Part shown: piece by piece, positions 15,760 through 30,342 of the stretch
Layout: each line of letters begins with the position of its first letter
How positions within the stretch are numbered: the stretch's first letter is position 1
NCBI GenBank assembly: GCA_951406725.2
Contig: OX597830.1
Span: forward strand, 21,886,001-21,950,000
Direction of reading: 5' to 3'
DNA: 64,000 nucleotides
Source: Octopus vulgaris
Lineage: Eukaryota
Translations under genes and position numbers: made by a program
Notes under the pieces: generated by a model
The model's input: only the letters and a program-made list of their open reading frames with translations
Databases searched by the model: none
Told to the model about the DNA's origin: nothing

Positions 15760-16765
15760 GCTGCGAGTTCAAAAGTTTTCCAGTCTCTTGTTCGTGACCT
15801 CCTTTATACAGATGACTGTGACTTAGGCACTCATACAGCGGATGATATGCAAATACTTGGGAATCATATTTCTGCTTCTTGCAAGGCATTTGGACTCAGC
15901 ATTAGCCTAGACAAGACTGTTGTAATGTTCCAGCCTGCACCAGGAAACCCATATGTGGAACCAGCTATCTTGGTTGAAGGAACAATACTGAAAGTAGTAA
16001 ACAAGTTTGTTTACCTGGGCAGCACACTTAGCCGTTCTTGCTCCCTGGATGCAGAGAGCAAATGATTCCTTCAGGTCTTTTGAGTCTCGTGTCTGGTCCC
16101 AACATGGCATCGCAAGGCGAACAAAAATTGCTGTGTACCGTGCAAGTGTACTGACATCGCTCCTTTACTCATATGAGACATTGACCCTTTACAAACGTCA
16201 TGTAAAGGTCCTTGAAAGCTTCCATCAGAGATATCTGAAACACATTCTGAATGTTGGTTGGACCTTAAAAACTCCAGATACACAGGTCCTGAGGAAAGCC
16301 GATATCTTGAGTATTGAGGCGATGGTGCACAAACACCGGATACGTTGGACTGGACACCGTGTTAGAATAAATGATATCAGGATCCCCAAACAGAAGCTAT
16401 ATAGGGAACTTGTTAGTGGAAAGCGACCCCGACAGAGGCCAAGACTGCGATTTAAGGACTGTGTGAAGTCCTCATTAAAGGCTTATGAAATGAGGGAGGC
16501 TGACTGGGAGGGCAATGCTTGTCATCACTACGGACCTTTGAAAGAACGCGTATTCTTCATGAAGGATTTAAGCGTGCTGCTCGAAAACGCACTGCTAGTG
16601 TAATGAATAAAGAAAGCTTGGTCTGCAATGTTTGCAGTCGTGTATGTTTGTCAAGAGCAGGGCTAATTAGTCACCGACGGAGTGTTAAGTATAAGGTAGT
16701 CTTCAGCGCACAATGTTCCTAAAGGTCAATAATGGTTTTCGTCGATCACGAATGGACGGCTATCA
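15760..16765 (+). mobile_element. 5'-truncated RTE LINE (RT end, C-terminal domain, zinc finger), frameshifted
   Basis: FGLSISLDKTVVM, FVYLGS, KIAVYRASVLTSLLYSYET, RIRWTGH..RIPKQ.LY.EL and C..C.R.CLSRAGLISH. Confidence 0.9.
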
Positions 16766-16789
16766 TGCATGTTTGTATGCATCCAGCTG

Positions 16790-17997
16790 CATGAAAACTA
16801 ACAAGGTCAGGTTATGAACCCTTCCCTGTTGGCAACCGTTTGAGGCAAGGATGTATCTTCGCATCGATGTTTTTACCGTCTTCAGTATGATGCTCCAGCA
16901 GGACCCTGAAGATTCTGATAATGAAGATGACATCTACATATGGTACCGTACTTATGGCAACCTCTTCGATCTAAGACACCTGCAAGGCCACACCAAAACA
17001 CTGGAACAACGCACCTGTGAGTTACATTTCGAAGACGATGCAGCCCTTGTTGGTCACACAGGGTCAGCGTTGCAATGCCTCGCCTCTTGCTTTGCAGAAA
17101 CTGCCGGGCACTTTGGCGGAGACGTCTGCTTAACGAAAACAGAAATTCTCCATAAACCCACACTACAGCAAGAATACTATCCCCATCACATCCCTATCGG
17201 GATGAAGGAAATAAAGAGAGTCAACTAGTTCACCTATCGAGGGGTCACAATCTCGTCAGATGCCAAAATTGACAAGGAAGTTGATAAGAAACTGCTCAAA
17301 GCAATCAGTGCATTCGGAAAACTGTACAAAAGAGTCTGGAGTAATAACCATCCGAAGAAAGAGACCAAGACCAATGTATACAGAGCTGTCGTTCTGACCA
17401 CCCACTTGTAGGCTCAGAATCGTGGGTTATCTATCGGCACCGCCAACAACTCCTTGAGCGGTTCCTTCAGCGCTGCCTCCGCATCGTCCTCAGCATCCAC
17501 TGGAGTAACTTTGTCTCTAACATCGCGGTCCTAGTGCAGGCGAAGGTCACCAACATCGAAGCAACTCTACTGGAGATTCAGCTTGGTTGGACAGGGCACG
17601 TCATCAAGTCAGAGTATCAGCGATTTTCCAAGATCTCGCTGTATAGCAAACCCTCCTCTAGTCATTGTGATGGAGGAGCACCAAAGAAGAGGAACAAGGA
17701 GTCTCTAAAGGAATCCTTTATTGCCTACCACATTGATCACCACCAGTGTTCTGTTTCTTGCCGTGAAGTCTGGCGTCTCACTAATCACCTAGCAACGGCC
17801 TCGTTTGAAGACAACCGCAGGACCATCCTTGCAGATATGAGAAAAAGGAGGAAACACAAGAACTATTCCACCAACTTGATCAGCCTACCTTTCCATGCAA
17901 CCTCTACGGTCGTCCCTATTTTTCTGAATAAGACTCGTCTGGTATCAGCAAGCTTGTAACAGACGTGGACATCCACTTTCGTAAATCTTCGCTCGCC

Positions 17998-17999
<2 letters not shown>
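16790..17999 (+). mobile_element. Second 5'-truncated RTE/BovB-like LINE, degenerate
   Basis: YRTYGNLFDLRHLQGHTKT..ELHFEDDAALV and QLGWTGHVIK..GGAPKKR.KESLK. The 3' end abuts (GATA)n. Confidence 0.9.
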
Positions 18000-18058
<59 letters not shown>

Positions 18059-18546
18059 AGACAATTATGGCCGGTTGAAAGGATTACACAGGGTTTCGCA
18101 TCCATACTATATATTTATTTATATGTATGTATATGTATAAGTATGTATATGTGTGTGTATTTATATTTATAACTTAACCTTATGTACTTTCTAAAATCTC
18201 TGAGAAGCCTAGAGAAACAGCCAAGTACCTCAATTTCATCTACTAATTACTTCAGTCTACTGGAATGATAAAGGTAGAATGAGGTATTTTTGCCTCTTGG
18301 ATGAAACAACTGTAAGATATTTTCCCAATTTCTATTCCTGTATGTTATATATTTTAATATTTACTGATATCTTTGTATATTATATATGTAAAGCATAATA
18401 TGTTATACATGTATGTATATTGTTGTAATTGTCATTTTAGTAAATAAATAAATAAATTGACATAATATAATGTCGAAAAGTTGATGAATACCACCTATTG
18501 ATCCCCTCCATTTTCTTATTGCTCCCCTCTCTCTCTCTCTCTCTCT

Positions 18547-18588
<42 letters not shown>

Positions 18589-18589
18589 T

Positions 18590-18846
18590 AAAGAAAAAAT
18601 AGAGTGAAGAAACAACAGAAGACTTGTGTTATATGTTTAAAAAATATATTTAAATTGCCATGTTAGAAAAATGTTATAAAATTTTATCGGTAAAAAAATT
18701 TGTGTAACTTGAAAAGAAAACGCGAAGCCGGTTATTTCTCCCCAAATAATGTCACTACACACAAAATTTTATAACATTTTTCTAACATGGCGATTTAAAT
18801 ATATTCTTTAACCTTCTACAGTTTTTTCACTCTATTTTTTTCTTTT
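18590..18846. mobile_element. Fold-back/MITE-like element with ~90-bp terminal inverted repeats
   Basis: AAAAAATAGAGTGAA...AATATATTTAAATTGCCATGTTAGAAAAATGTTATAAAATTTT is mirrored by AAAATTTTATAACATTTTTCTAACATGGCGATTTAAATATATT...TTCACTCTATTTTTT. Confidence 0.75.
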
Positions 18847-18965
18847 ATACATCCAACCACATAATTTCACATACCAATTCTCTCACCCATATATATATAT
18901 GTATATATATATATATTTTTTTTTTTCCTCTGTCTTCCCTTCTCGGGATCTTTCCTTCTCCTTTG

Positions 18966-18998
18966 TTTCCGACGAAGAGCTCCACTCGAAACGTTAAG
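18966..18998 (+). ncRNA. Minimal hammerhead-like motif, U4C core variant (CCGACGA...GAAAC GUU)
   Basis: TTT CCGACGA A GAG ctcca CTC GAAACGTT AAG, with a short stem II and palindromic AACGTT. Confidence 0.45.
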
Positions 18999-19113
18999 CC
19001 TCCTTCCCTTCTTTCCTGAACGTCAAATAATACTTTAATTGTTCCACGTCCTCGCGTTGCTGTGTTTTTTTCTGTGTTTTTCTGTGTTTTCTTGTTTGGA
19101 TTAACTTTATATG

Positions 19114-19158
<45 letters not shown>

Positions 19159-19192
19159 TATATATAAACATACATATATGTATGTATATATA

Positions 19193-19238
<46 letters not shown>

Positions 19239-19289
19239 TACAAAGGTGAGGACAGACAGAGAGAACTGTAACGCTTCATTATATGTATA

Positions 19290-19608
19290 GTAACAGGGAA
19301 TGACCACGAGTTAGCACCTGGAAAGTTACCTCGCGAAGCACAAGTCTGGGCAAGGTTGTTTTATGGAAGACCAGCAGCCGCCCATGCATACCAGTCTCCT
19401 CTCTCCATGCCACTGATGTTATCCAAGAGAAAGGCAAAAGGGCCGATACAGCTTGGCACCTGTGACGTCGCAACTCATTTGTACAGCTGAGTGAACTGGA
19501 GCAACGTGAAAAAGAGTGTCTTGCTCAAGAACACAATACGCAGCTCTATCTGGGAATCGAACTCACTACCTCATGATTGTGATCCCAACGTTCTAACCAC
19601 TAAGCCAA
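19290..19608 (-). mobile_element. tRNA-derived SINE (head B, tail type 5)
   Basis: Reverse complement of 58868-59197. The tail also occurs at ~54110-54325. Confidence 0.8.
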
Positions 19609-20852
19609 GTAACTTATAAATGATGGGAACACTTTCAGTCAGCAGGAAAGGCCGTGTAGTTGGCAGTTTTACAGGACCTCCGAGACTAGTGACATTGAGG
19701 CAGGAATATAACCTCAAAACAGGGACCTTGACCAAATGTCTGCAAGAAGCAACTTAACGCTAAAAGCACCCAAGGCCCATATGATGCTACTAAACCGGAC
19801 GAGGGGTTAAGTTTACCCAAATAAGGCGCGGTGGGATTTGAACTCAGAGGGCAAAGATCCGGAACAAACATCGCAGGATAACCGGTCTAATGCTCTACCG
19901 ATTCTGCCAGTCCATAGCGCTGGACCCGTACTTTATTTAATGGCTCCATAAAGAGAAAAGTCAAAGTTAACCTTGACGCAATTTGAACTGACAACACAAG
20001 AAGCGGGAACAAATGCTGTGAAGTATTTCGTCCAATTCCCTAACGACTCTGCCTGTTCGTCACTAGTGTGTGTGTGTATGTGTGTGTGTGTATGTGTGTG
20101 TATGTGTGTGTGTGTGCGTGTGTGCACGTGCGTATGTGCACGTGTGTGCACGTGCGTGCTTGTGTATGTGTATGTGTGCTTGAATACCTGCGCATGTGTA
20201 CGTGGCGTGTGTGTGTATGTGTGTGCATGTGAGCGCGTCTGTGTTTGTGTGTGTGTGTGCGTGCCTGCGTGCCTGCGTGTGTGTGTGCGTGTGCGTGCAC
20301 GTGCGTGCTCATGTATGTGTATGCGTGCCTGAATAACTGCGCATGTGTGCGTGGCGTGTGTGTGTGTGTGTGCATGTATGCACGTCTGTGTTTGTGTGCG
20401 TGTGTGTGTGCGTGCGTGTGTGTGTGTGCACGTCTGTGTGTGTGCGTGTGAGTGTGTGTGTGTATGTGTGTGTGTGTACGTGTGCGTGTGTTCGTGTATC
20501 TATGTGTGTGTGCTCACATTTTACTCAGGAGAGGAAATATAGTCGTGACCTTCGCAGACCCCTCTCCCACAGGGATCGTTGAGACCTATGCGGATATAAT
20601 CTCAACTTAAAAATCTAAAGGTCGACGCATGTTAAAACAGACAGACATGGACATAGGCACTTAACTAGAGTTTATCTAGAGTTGAATATATTCCCAAGCC
20701 TGACAGAAACAGTTCCGTTCAGTCATACTGAAAATTATAAAATTATGTTTATTTAAGTTGGAAGTAAACGAAAAAGACGACAGTTAATTCAAGGGAGGTA
20801 ACTTTATCAAGGGACATTATCAAGATTTATCTTCCATCGTCTTTCTCAATAA

Positions 20853-20884
<32 letters not shown>

Positions 20885-21174
20885 GTGTGTTATTAATTGA
20901 TTGGTTCCAAATTTTGGCACACGGCCAGCCATTTCGGGGGAGGGGGATATGTCGATTACATTGACCCCATTCACTAGCGTAGCTAGAGTGTGTGCCGCCC
21001 GGGGTGGCCCTTCCGTTTTTCGCCCCCCCACCCCACCCCACCCATGGAGCCCACAGAAAATAAATATTGCCTACAACAGACCCAAAAGCGGTGCCCCTTT
21101 AAAAGTGCCACCTCTATGTGTGTGGATGTGTGTGTGTGTGTGTGTTTGTGTGTATACAGCTATGCATATGAAAG

Positions 21175-21215
<41 letters not shown>

Positions 21216-21266
21216 ATATATATGTGTGAGCGTGTGTATGTGTAGGAATGTATGTACACACGCACG

Positions 21267-21312
<46 letters not shown>

Positions 21313-21926
21313 TATTTTTAATCGGTGAACGTTACAGAGGTAACCCAGAGGCCGAAGCTTTTGTGCTTATCAAACTTTGATAAGTTCTACCAATTAAAAA
21401 GAAAAATAATAGTAATGGCTTCTAATTTTGGTACAAGGGCAGCAGATTTAATGGGAGAAGGAAGTCGATTACATCGACCCAAATGATTAATTAACTACTA
21501 CTTAATTTATAGTCCACGAAAAAATGAAAAGCGGAGTCGTCCCCGACTGCATTCGATCTTACAACGTAGCCAAATTAAACACCATTCGATGCCGCGAGGT
21601 AACGACGCTACCAGTTGTCCTCTCTCAACTGTATAAAAGTAATGAGACAGATATAGGGTGTTCATAAATTATCTTTACAACTTCCATAATTAATTGTATC
21701 TATTAATCAACTTTTTACAACCAGTAGAACCCATGTGGAAGTGTTCCGATATTTCTAATAAAACTTTATTTGTTTGCTTATGTTTTTCCATTAAACTCTG
21801 CTGATTTTTCATTTCCTTTTTCTTTTCGTTCTAAATTTTTCAAATTTATGGACAACCTGCATATTCATGTACTGAGTTCAGTTTATCTTGCTTGTTCTAC
21901 CATCACTCCTGTACCGACTCATTCAA

Positions 21927-21963
<37 letters not shown>

Positions 21964-22289
21964 TTATGTATGCTGGAGACAAATAACCATCCCTTATCGT
22001 CTGGAGGGACAACCATCGATCATTGACGATATCCACAAAACGCATTTTTTAATAAACAACCTATGAAAGAGAACCAGTTGATTTCGTCATTAGTTAACCA
22101 AGAATAATACTTCACCAGAGATGGACATGGTATTAGTTAAGCTTGGCTTAGTAGGTTTGCCAACTCCTTATCAATGTTCCATAGGCATTTTCTTTCACCT
22201 GTGTATGTATGTATGTATGTATGTATGTATGTATGTATGTATGTATGAATGTATGTATGTATGTGTGTGTGTATGTATGTATGTATGTA

Positions 22290-22320
<31 letters not shown>

Positions 22321-23440
22321 ATGTATGTATGTATGTATGTATGCATGTATGTATGTATGTATGTATGAGTGAGTGAGAGAGAGCAGTGTATGCCATCAAA
22401 GTGACACTGGGGTAAAATATACGAAGCCCAGTATACCCATCATGACTACCCATCTGATAAGGGTACATCAGGTACATGCATCCCAACCACATGTGCGCAA
22501 CATAGTGATCTCATATCAAGATAAACAGCGCATGACCTTGCGGGTGGGGCCCAGTTAGAATTTTCTTCAGGTCGAGTAGCCCATCCCGCTCAAAAGGTCC
22601 CTGAATAAGGGTTGTTTAAGGATGTTGAACGAAACACCCATATTTCCAAAGGTGAATTATCCAAACCCCAAAGAATTCCTTTCAACACATGGCTATGATA
22701 CTGCCTCCACTATTCCTGCTTGTGATCAGAGATGCACATATCGTCAGCCACAAAGGGACATGCTCAACTGGTTAAGGTCAAACAACTGACAAGCAAATCT
22801 GTGGTATTGAGCAGAATATTTGCTGTAGCCCATCTTTTATACCAAGACAAAACAATGTACATGATAACACTTCCAATCAGTTAAGATCAGCAGCCATGAG
22901 AGCCACTGCCTGGTACTGCATCAAAGCAATATGCCTGTCTGTCTGTCCGCATGTATGTATTTTATTGTATTGGATCTTTATGTCTGTCTCTACGTTGACA
23001 CTCTTTTCATCTGTAGGAAGAACAATCACTCGTTAATGACATCTTCTAAACGTATTCTTTAACAAAACAACGTATGAAAGAGAATGGACAGTAAACCAGT
23101 TAATCATGAAATTAGTTGACCAAGGATAATACTACAACATAGATGGATATGGTATTGGTTAAGCTCGGCTAATGTTGCATCATAGCTAATCATGGCAATT
23201 GCTAACCTTTGATATTATTCAGGTTTGTGCATAGCTGATAACAGTCCGAACCCATGTGTGAGATGTTGTCTCTATTTGAAATGGCCCGGCGCTATTTCAA
23301 CTGGTTTAAAACACAGACTAGATGCGAAACGTAAGCGACATTTGAAACAACTAATTAAATATTTAAGAAATAAGTTCTAAATGCATATGATTTACGTATA
23401 AGCTAGGTGTTTGTGTATGTGTGCATGTGTACGCACACAT

Positions 23441-23498
<58 letters not shown>

Positions 23499-23502
23499 AT
23501 GT

Positions 23503-23566
<64 letters not shown>

Positions 23567-24288
23567 CTATATGAATAAGGATAAGATCGATATTTAAAAT
23601 ACCGATCTTATCAGGTGGCCAGCATGGGAATAAAAACCTTTCAATGGATATGATTATTTAAAATTATAATTTAGGAATCTAAGAGATACCTCCACGCTGG
23701 AATTAGCAGTCAAAACTTGACTCTAAAACCACATTAAATGTTCAGACAGCATATGTATATAAATACATATATATATGTATATATATACATATATATATGC
23801 ATATATACATATATATGCATATATATATGTATGTATATGAGTGTATGTGTATATATTTCATACATATATATATACATATGTACATACAATTTTATTCCAG
23901 TGGGTAACAAGTTCAAAAGAAGCTATGTCTGGTCTAAGATCAGTCTAGGAGTGAATAAAATATATTTTGTCGGATTAATGATAATGGGTTAAATATATTC
24001 TATATACATACATACATACATACATACATACATACATACATACAAAAATACTCTGTTCTTGATGTTGAAATTCCAATGAAGGATCCTTGTATCTAGGTTA
24101 GAAACCGTTTCTTTCTCTATTGGCAAGAAATCTTGAAATAAAACTGAAAAATGACATATATATACACATACACACTTAGCACGCGCGCGCTCGTTTGTGT
24201 GTGTGTGGGATGTGTGCATATCTTAGATGTACTTAAAGAGCACAAGGAAGAACTAGAACGATGTATAAACCAATAATAATAATAATAA

Positions 24289-24390
<102 letters not shown>

Positions 24391-24410
24391 CAGTAATGAT
24401 AATGATAATC

Positions 24411-24456
<46 letters not shown>

Positions 24457-24462
24457 TAATAA

Positions 24463-24521
<59 letters not shown>

Positions 24522-24530
24522 ATGATAATG

Positions 24531-24566
<36 letters not shown>

Positions 24567-25542
24567 TGGCACAAATATATGGCACACTAGGCATAACAAC
24601 AACATGAACTTCCAACCCTGTTGTCTCTTGAGGTCTCTGGGTGAGACTTGGAGCCAACTTGTACAAATATAAAGCAAAAGTCAAACATAGAATAATAATA
24701 ATAAAGGAAGGAAGGAAACATTGATAATTATTAACTTAAAGGTTCTGTCTACCTTTGTCCCCAAACCGGAGAGGAAAAGGAAAGGCATCACCAAAATGGT
24801 AAGGCCCCATTACCAACGATTTTAGTTCAGCTTGAAACTTTCCCTCTACGCAGAACGACAACCAACAATGCCACAAGTATAAACTGGACACGGCCATTAT
24901 TAGTGAAGCTAGGACAAATGTAGATGATCGTTATCCAAGGTAATTAATTAATCTAGATAAACACAACATGGCATTCAATTACCTCGGATAAGAGAACATC
25001 ATAGCTATCCTTGGTAAACTATCAGCCAGTTATGATAACGGTTACGGCAGCTTGGCCGGACGTGGTGGTGTCGGCTTACCTATGGCGTTCCTATAATGAC
25101 AACCTCATTAGATGTAGATATTTTCTACGTGGAATCTTAATTAGTGGTTCCAATTAGAACATAAATGTTCTAATTAAGTGAACCTATATTTACTCCGTGT
25201 TATTTTTAGCATGACCTTTATGATGACATTAATGAGCTTTGTTTGACAATTATCCTTTTTATCATTTATCTTTAGTTTTGTTACCGTTACACACGCTAGA
25301 CTGCGGCCATGCTGGAGCGCCTACCTTGAATGGGTTTTTTTTTTCCTGTTTTTTGTTTTTTAGTCGAACAAACCGACTGTTTTTTTGTTTTTGTTTTTGT
25401 TTTGTTTTTTTTACAAAGTCTGGTAATTATGCTATCGACCTCTTTAGACGAACCGCTAAGTTACGGGGACATAGAAAAAAAAACTGATTGTCATGCGGTT
25501 TTCGATTACTAATTTTTCCACCTTGTTTTACATTTGTGCTTA

Positions 25543-25601
<59 letters not shown>

Positions 25602-25775
25602 AATGTAATGGCCTCTGCCGTCGCTTTCGACGTATGAGAATCCGACAACCTACTCTTTCTTTCTTATTCCATCGGTGTCTTTGGCCAAACCGCTAGGTTA
25701 CGGGGAAGTAAACACATCAACATACACACACACACACACATACACACACACATACGCACACATACATACACACAC

Positions 25776-25843
<68 letters not shown>

Positions 25844-27126
25844 CACATCATCAAAGTAGGCTCCACCCTTGGCGCAACCCATTGTCTATCAAGACAGACG
25901 GGGATAAAGAAAGATATATATATATATATATATATATGTATACGACGGGCTTCTTTCAGTTTCCGTCTACCTAATCCACTCACAAACCATTGGTCGGCCC
26001 GAGGGTGTAGTAGAAGGCTCTTACTCAACATACTGTACAGTGGTGCCGAACCCGAAGCCACGTGGTTGCAAAACGGGCTTCTTTACCACACAACCTTGAC
26101 TGCACTTCGAAAGATTTCAATAAGGATAGAGAAAACTACTCCATCTCTGACCATCAGCTTTAACACCTTTTCATCACAAGCTTCATAAGTGACCTGGGGA
26201 CTAAACAAGAACGACAACAGCAACAGTGGAGGCGCAATGGCCCGGTGGTTAGGGCAGCGGACTCGCGGTCGTAAGAACGCGGTTTCGATTCCCAGACAGG
26301 ACATTGTGAGTGTTTATTGAGCAAAAACACCTAAATTCCACGAGGCTCCGGCGGTGGGAGGGATGAACCCCGCTGTACTCTTTCACCACAACTTTCTCTC
26401 ACTCTTTCTTCCTACTTCTGCCACAAAGCCGAGGAACCATGGTGTAACCCACTATGGTGTGGTAAACTTTCAGACTTTGCGAATCACCTGCACCCCAGGA
26501 TGGTTCAGCTCTCCACCCGTTAAAAGCCACCGTTTACGGAATGAGGATAACAACGTAGCAGTCTATTGCGTCTGGTGGGTGGATCTTCAAGTTGCCACAT
26601 GCATTCTTAGTAGCTTAGAGTAGGCTCGAATTAGAGATTATTCTTTGTGGCTAATGGCGTGAGTCCTGATTAGAAGAAGAAGAAGAAGAAGAAGAAGAAG
26701 AAGAAGAAGAAGAAGAAGAAGAAGAAGAAGAAGAAGAAGAAGAAGAAGAAGAAGAAGAAGAAGAAGAAGAAGAAGAAACAGACAGACAGACAGACAGACA
26801 GACAGACTGAGAGTAGGCTGGGAAGAGATCGATTTAGTGTAAAAAAAGGATGATTGGTGTCGGCTTGTAAACTTCCTAGTTGTTCGCTTGGTCATGACTT
26901 ACAAAACTGGATGGGAGGAAAAAATACCCGGATGCATGAATTTATGAATATATATTGTATTAATATTATTCAGAGTGAGAGGGAATTTTTCAATTATGCC
27001 TTTCTGAAAATTAAAAAGAAAATATTTCCTGGTGCAAATTCTTCTACCATATGAATTAGCAATTATTAATAATTATTACTAATTATTAGTTGTGGGAATG
27101 AGGACACACACACAGATATATATGTT

Positions 27127-27173
<47 letters not shown>

Positions 27174-27390
27174 GTATATGTATATGTGTGTATGTGTGTA
27201 GAAATATAAATGTATGTGTATGTGTATATATATATGTGTGCGTGTGCGTATGCGTCTATATATATATGTGTGTGTGAGTGTACATGTATGTATATACATG
27301 TATACATATGTACACACATACACACATACACACACGTATATATATATGCATGTCTGTGTGTGTGTATCTGTGTGTGTTTGTGTGTGTGTG

Positions 27391-27692
27391 TGTGGAGGCT
27401 CTATGGCCCAGTGGTTAGGGCAGCGGACTCGCGGTCGTAGGATCGCGGTTTCGATTCCCAGACCGGGCGTTGTGAGTGTTTATTGAGCGAAAACACCTAA
27501 AAGATCCACGAGGCTCCAGCAGGGGGTGTTGGCGATCCCTGCTGTACTCTTTCGCCACAACTTTCTCTCACTCTTTCTTCTATTGGTCTGCTCGCTTAGC
27601 CAGCGGGGTGGCGTCATTTAAAGGCTAAAACAATGCGAAACGCATTGTGACCAGCGATGTGTAGCAACATCTGATAGCCTTGTCGGTCACGG
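27391..27692 (+). mobile_element. tRNA-derived SINE (head A, tail type 4)
   Basis: The head matches 5659-6048 and 26226-26418, followed by a different tail (GCTCGCTTAGCCAGCGGGGTGGCG...). Confidence 0.85.
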
Positions 27693-27708
27693 CGCTGCTG
27701 CGGTGCTG

Positions 27709-27792
<84 letters not shown>

Positions 27793-27948
27793 TGTAGAAT
27801 TTATAGGAAAGATCCAGGGGAATAAGTACAAGGTATCTAAATGTTGCTTAAGTGTCACAGGAAACAATGGACACTCTTATGTGGGATTTAATTCCGCGGA
27901 GAAGCGAGACGTATTTAGGAGACAAAAGCTCAAGATGTTATATATATA

Positions 27949-29210
27949 CAGGGGTGGACAAAATAATGGAAACACCTTAAAATTTCTAACAGATTTATTT
28001 TAATATCGGGTAGGACCGCCTTTGGCAGTAATTACAGCTTGAATTCTACGAGGTATGGACTCGTAGAAAGTTTGAATTGTTTCCGAAGGAATTTTTGTCG
28101 ATTCTTCAGCTAAAACACTCTCCAGTTTTTGTAGTGATGATGTCGGAGGATATCGACTCCTTACTTGTTTTTCTAAAATGCACCATAAATGTTGAATAAT
28201 ATTGAAATCTGGGGACTGTGGATTAGATGTTCAACTTTACTAGAATGTTCCTCGTGCCATTCAGTAACAACTTTAGCTGTGTGAATTGATGCATTATCAT
28301 CCTGAAAGATTGCATTTCCCTCCGGAAACAGTTCCACAACCATAGGATGAATTTTATCAGATAAAATGCTTAAATGGTCTTGACTATTAATTCGGGCATG
28401 AAGGGAAACCATTGGACCGGCGGATTTCCAAGATATTGTCCCCCAGATCATCACATATCCTCCTCCATGTTTAACAGTTGGAAGAAGGCAGTCTGGGTCA
28501 AATGCTTCTTTTGGCTGTCTCCACACGTATACTTGGCCGGTGGTCGGAAATAAGGTAAAGGATGACTCGTCCGAGAAAATAACATTCTTACACTGCTTTA
28601 GGGACCAATTCTGTAGGTTTTTACTCCACTCTAAACACTTTGCAACGTTTGTTTTTGAAAGTAGTGGTTTTCTGATTGCAGCCCTCCTGTGAAATCCGGC
28701 TTTGTGCAGCTCCCGGCGAACAGTTTTTGTGGAAACTGGGTTCTCGAGGTGGTCATTCAGTTCTGCAGTAATTTTGGGAACTGTACTTTTGTGATCCTTT
28801 CTAACAGTTCGAATAAGAGTCCGACGGTCCCTATCTGAAAGGATTGGTTTTCTTCTGGAGTTTTGTTTCGACGAGGGGTTTTTTCCCTCTTTCTCAAAGG
28901 CTGTGATTACTTTCGAGACAGTACTTCTTGACACACCAAACATTTCAGCTGTTTTCATTACGCTAGCACCTGCCATGCGAGCACTAGCAATTTGACCTCT
29001 TTGAAAGTTCGATAGATTTGTCATTTTAATGAATTTTAATTACCTGTTTCTGATGATATCTGAAAAGAAAGAGCAATTTTAGCAAAACATATTATGCAAC
29101 ACTAATAATAAATAAAAAAAAACAAAAATAAACAAGATTTTGACGGTTTTAGAGATATTTCAAAATTATGATGCTATGATGCCAGGTGTTTCCATTATTT
29201 TGTCCAACCC

Positions 29211-29213
<3 letters not shown>
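27949..29213 (-). mobile_element. Full-length Tc1 DNA transposon (~1265 bp) with TIRs and TA target
   Basis: TIR CAGGGGT(T)GGACAAAATAATGGAAACACCT at both ends, flanked by TA. Encloses a transposase ORF. Confidence 0.95.
28173..29024 (-). pseudogene. Tc1 (DD34E-type) transposase, inactivated near the C-terminus
   Basis: Paired-like HTH, FSDES, TVKHGGG..IWG and FQDDNA are present. The W.PQSPDLN motif is frameshifted, and the shifted frame reads QSPDFNIIQHLW (catalytic E replaced by Q). Confidence 0.9.
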
Positions 29214-29267
<54 letters not shown>

Positions 29268-29403
29268 CATATATACAGATATATACATATGTACATATTT
29301 ATATATATATAGGGAGAGTTTACGAAAAAAACAAAAGACGAAGACACGTGGTGTACAAAACAAACAAATGTATTAGTATAACGCGCTCAGGAATAGAAAA
29401 AGT

Positions 29404-29439
29404 CTTTTACGTTTCGAGCCTACGCTCTTCTACAGAAAG
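29404..29439 (-). ncRNA. Minimal hammerhead-like motif with non-canonical CUGUAGA core, in a ~170-bp dispersed repeat
   Basis: Minus strand: CTTT CTGTAGA A GAGC gtag GCTC GAAAC GTA AAAG; stems I and II pair perfectly. Homologues at 13396-13431 and 47978-48013. Confidence 0.55.
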
Positions 29440-29750
29440 GGACACAGAAAAAAACAAGGAGAGAAAAAAATGTGTGTAGTGGCTAATGATCTATCACGGC
29501 GTGTGAATAATATTTATATATGTGTGCGTCCGTGTGTGTGTGTATACATATATTTATAAATATTTGTGTATATATATATATATATATGTGTGTATATACA
29601 TATATAGAAAGAAAAAGAGACACACAGAGAGAAGGGGAGAAGAGAGAGAGGTTGTCAGGCATGATACATAGCTGTTTTTGTCTTACAGCCGAGCAGTCGG
29701 CCGGTCATAATAAACTCAAAAATTCCAGTCAGGAAGAGAGAATAAAACAC

Positions 29751-29789
<39 letters not shown>

Positions 29790-29928
29790 CACTTTTAGTT
29801 GATAATGAATACATCTGTATACTAATGATAAAAAAATGTTTAAACATTTAAAAAAAACAGAAGTCCTACTACTAAGTCGCTAATCTTATCCAGTGATGTA
29901 AAACGCAGAAACAAACACATTCACTCTT

Positions 29929-30015
<87 letters not shown>

Positions 30016-30235
30016 CACATGCAGGCGCGCTGGCAGAATCGTTAGCACGCCGGGCAAAATGTTTTGCAGCATTTCGTCTGCCGTTACGTTCTCAGTTCAA
30101 ATTCCGCCGAGGTCGACTTTGCCTTTCATCCTTTCAGGATCGATAAAGTAAGTACCAGTGAAACAGTGAAGTCAACGTAATCGACTTAAACCCTTCTCCC
30201 GAAATTACTGGCCTTGTGTCAACATTTGAAACCAA

Positions 30236-30266
<31 letters not shown>

Positions 30267-30304
30267 AAACATAGGCAACTTTAACTTCCGTATTATTTGC
30301 TAGC

Positions 30305-30342
<38 letters not shown>

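Noticed and set aside
26226-26300. tRNA genes at SINE heads (also 27391, 58868, 60163)
   Set aside because: A and B boxes are present, but there is no complete acceptor stem and each continues into a SINE body.
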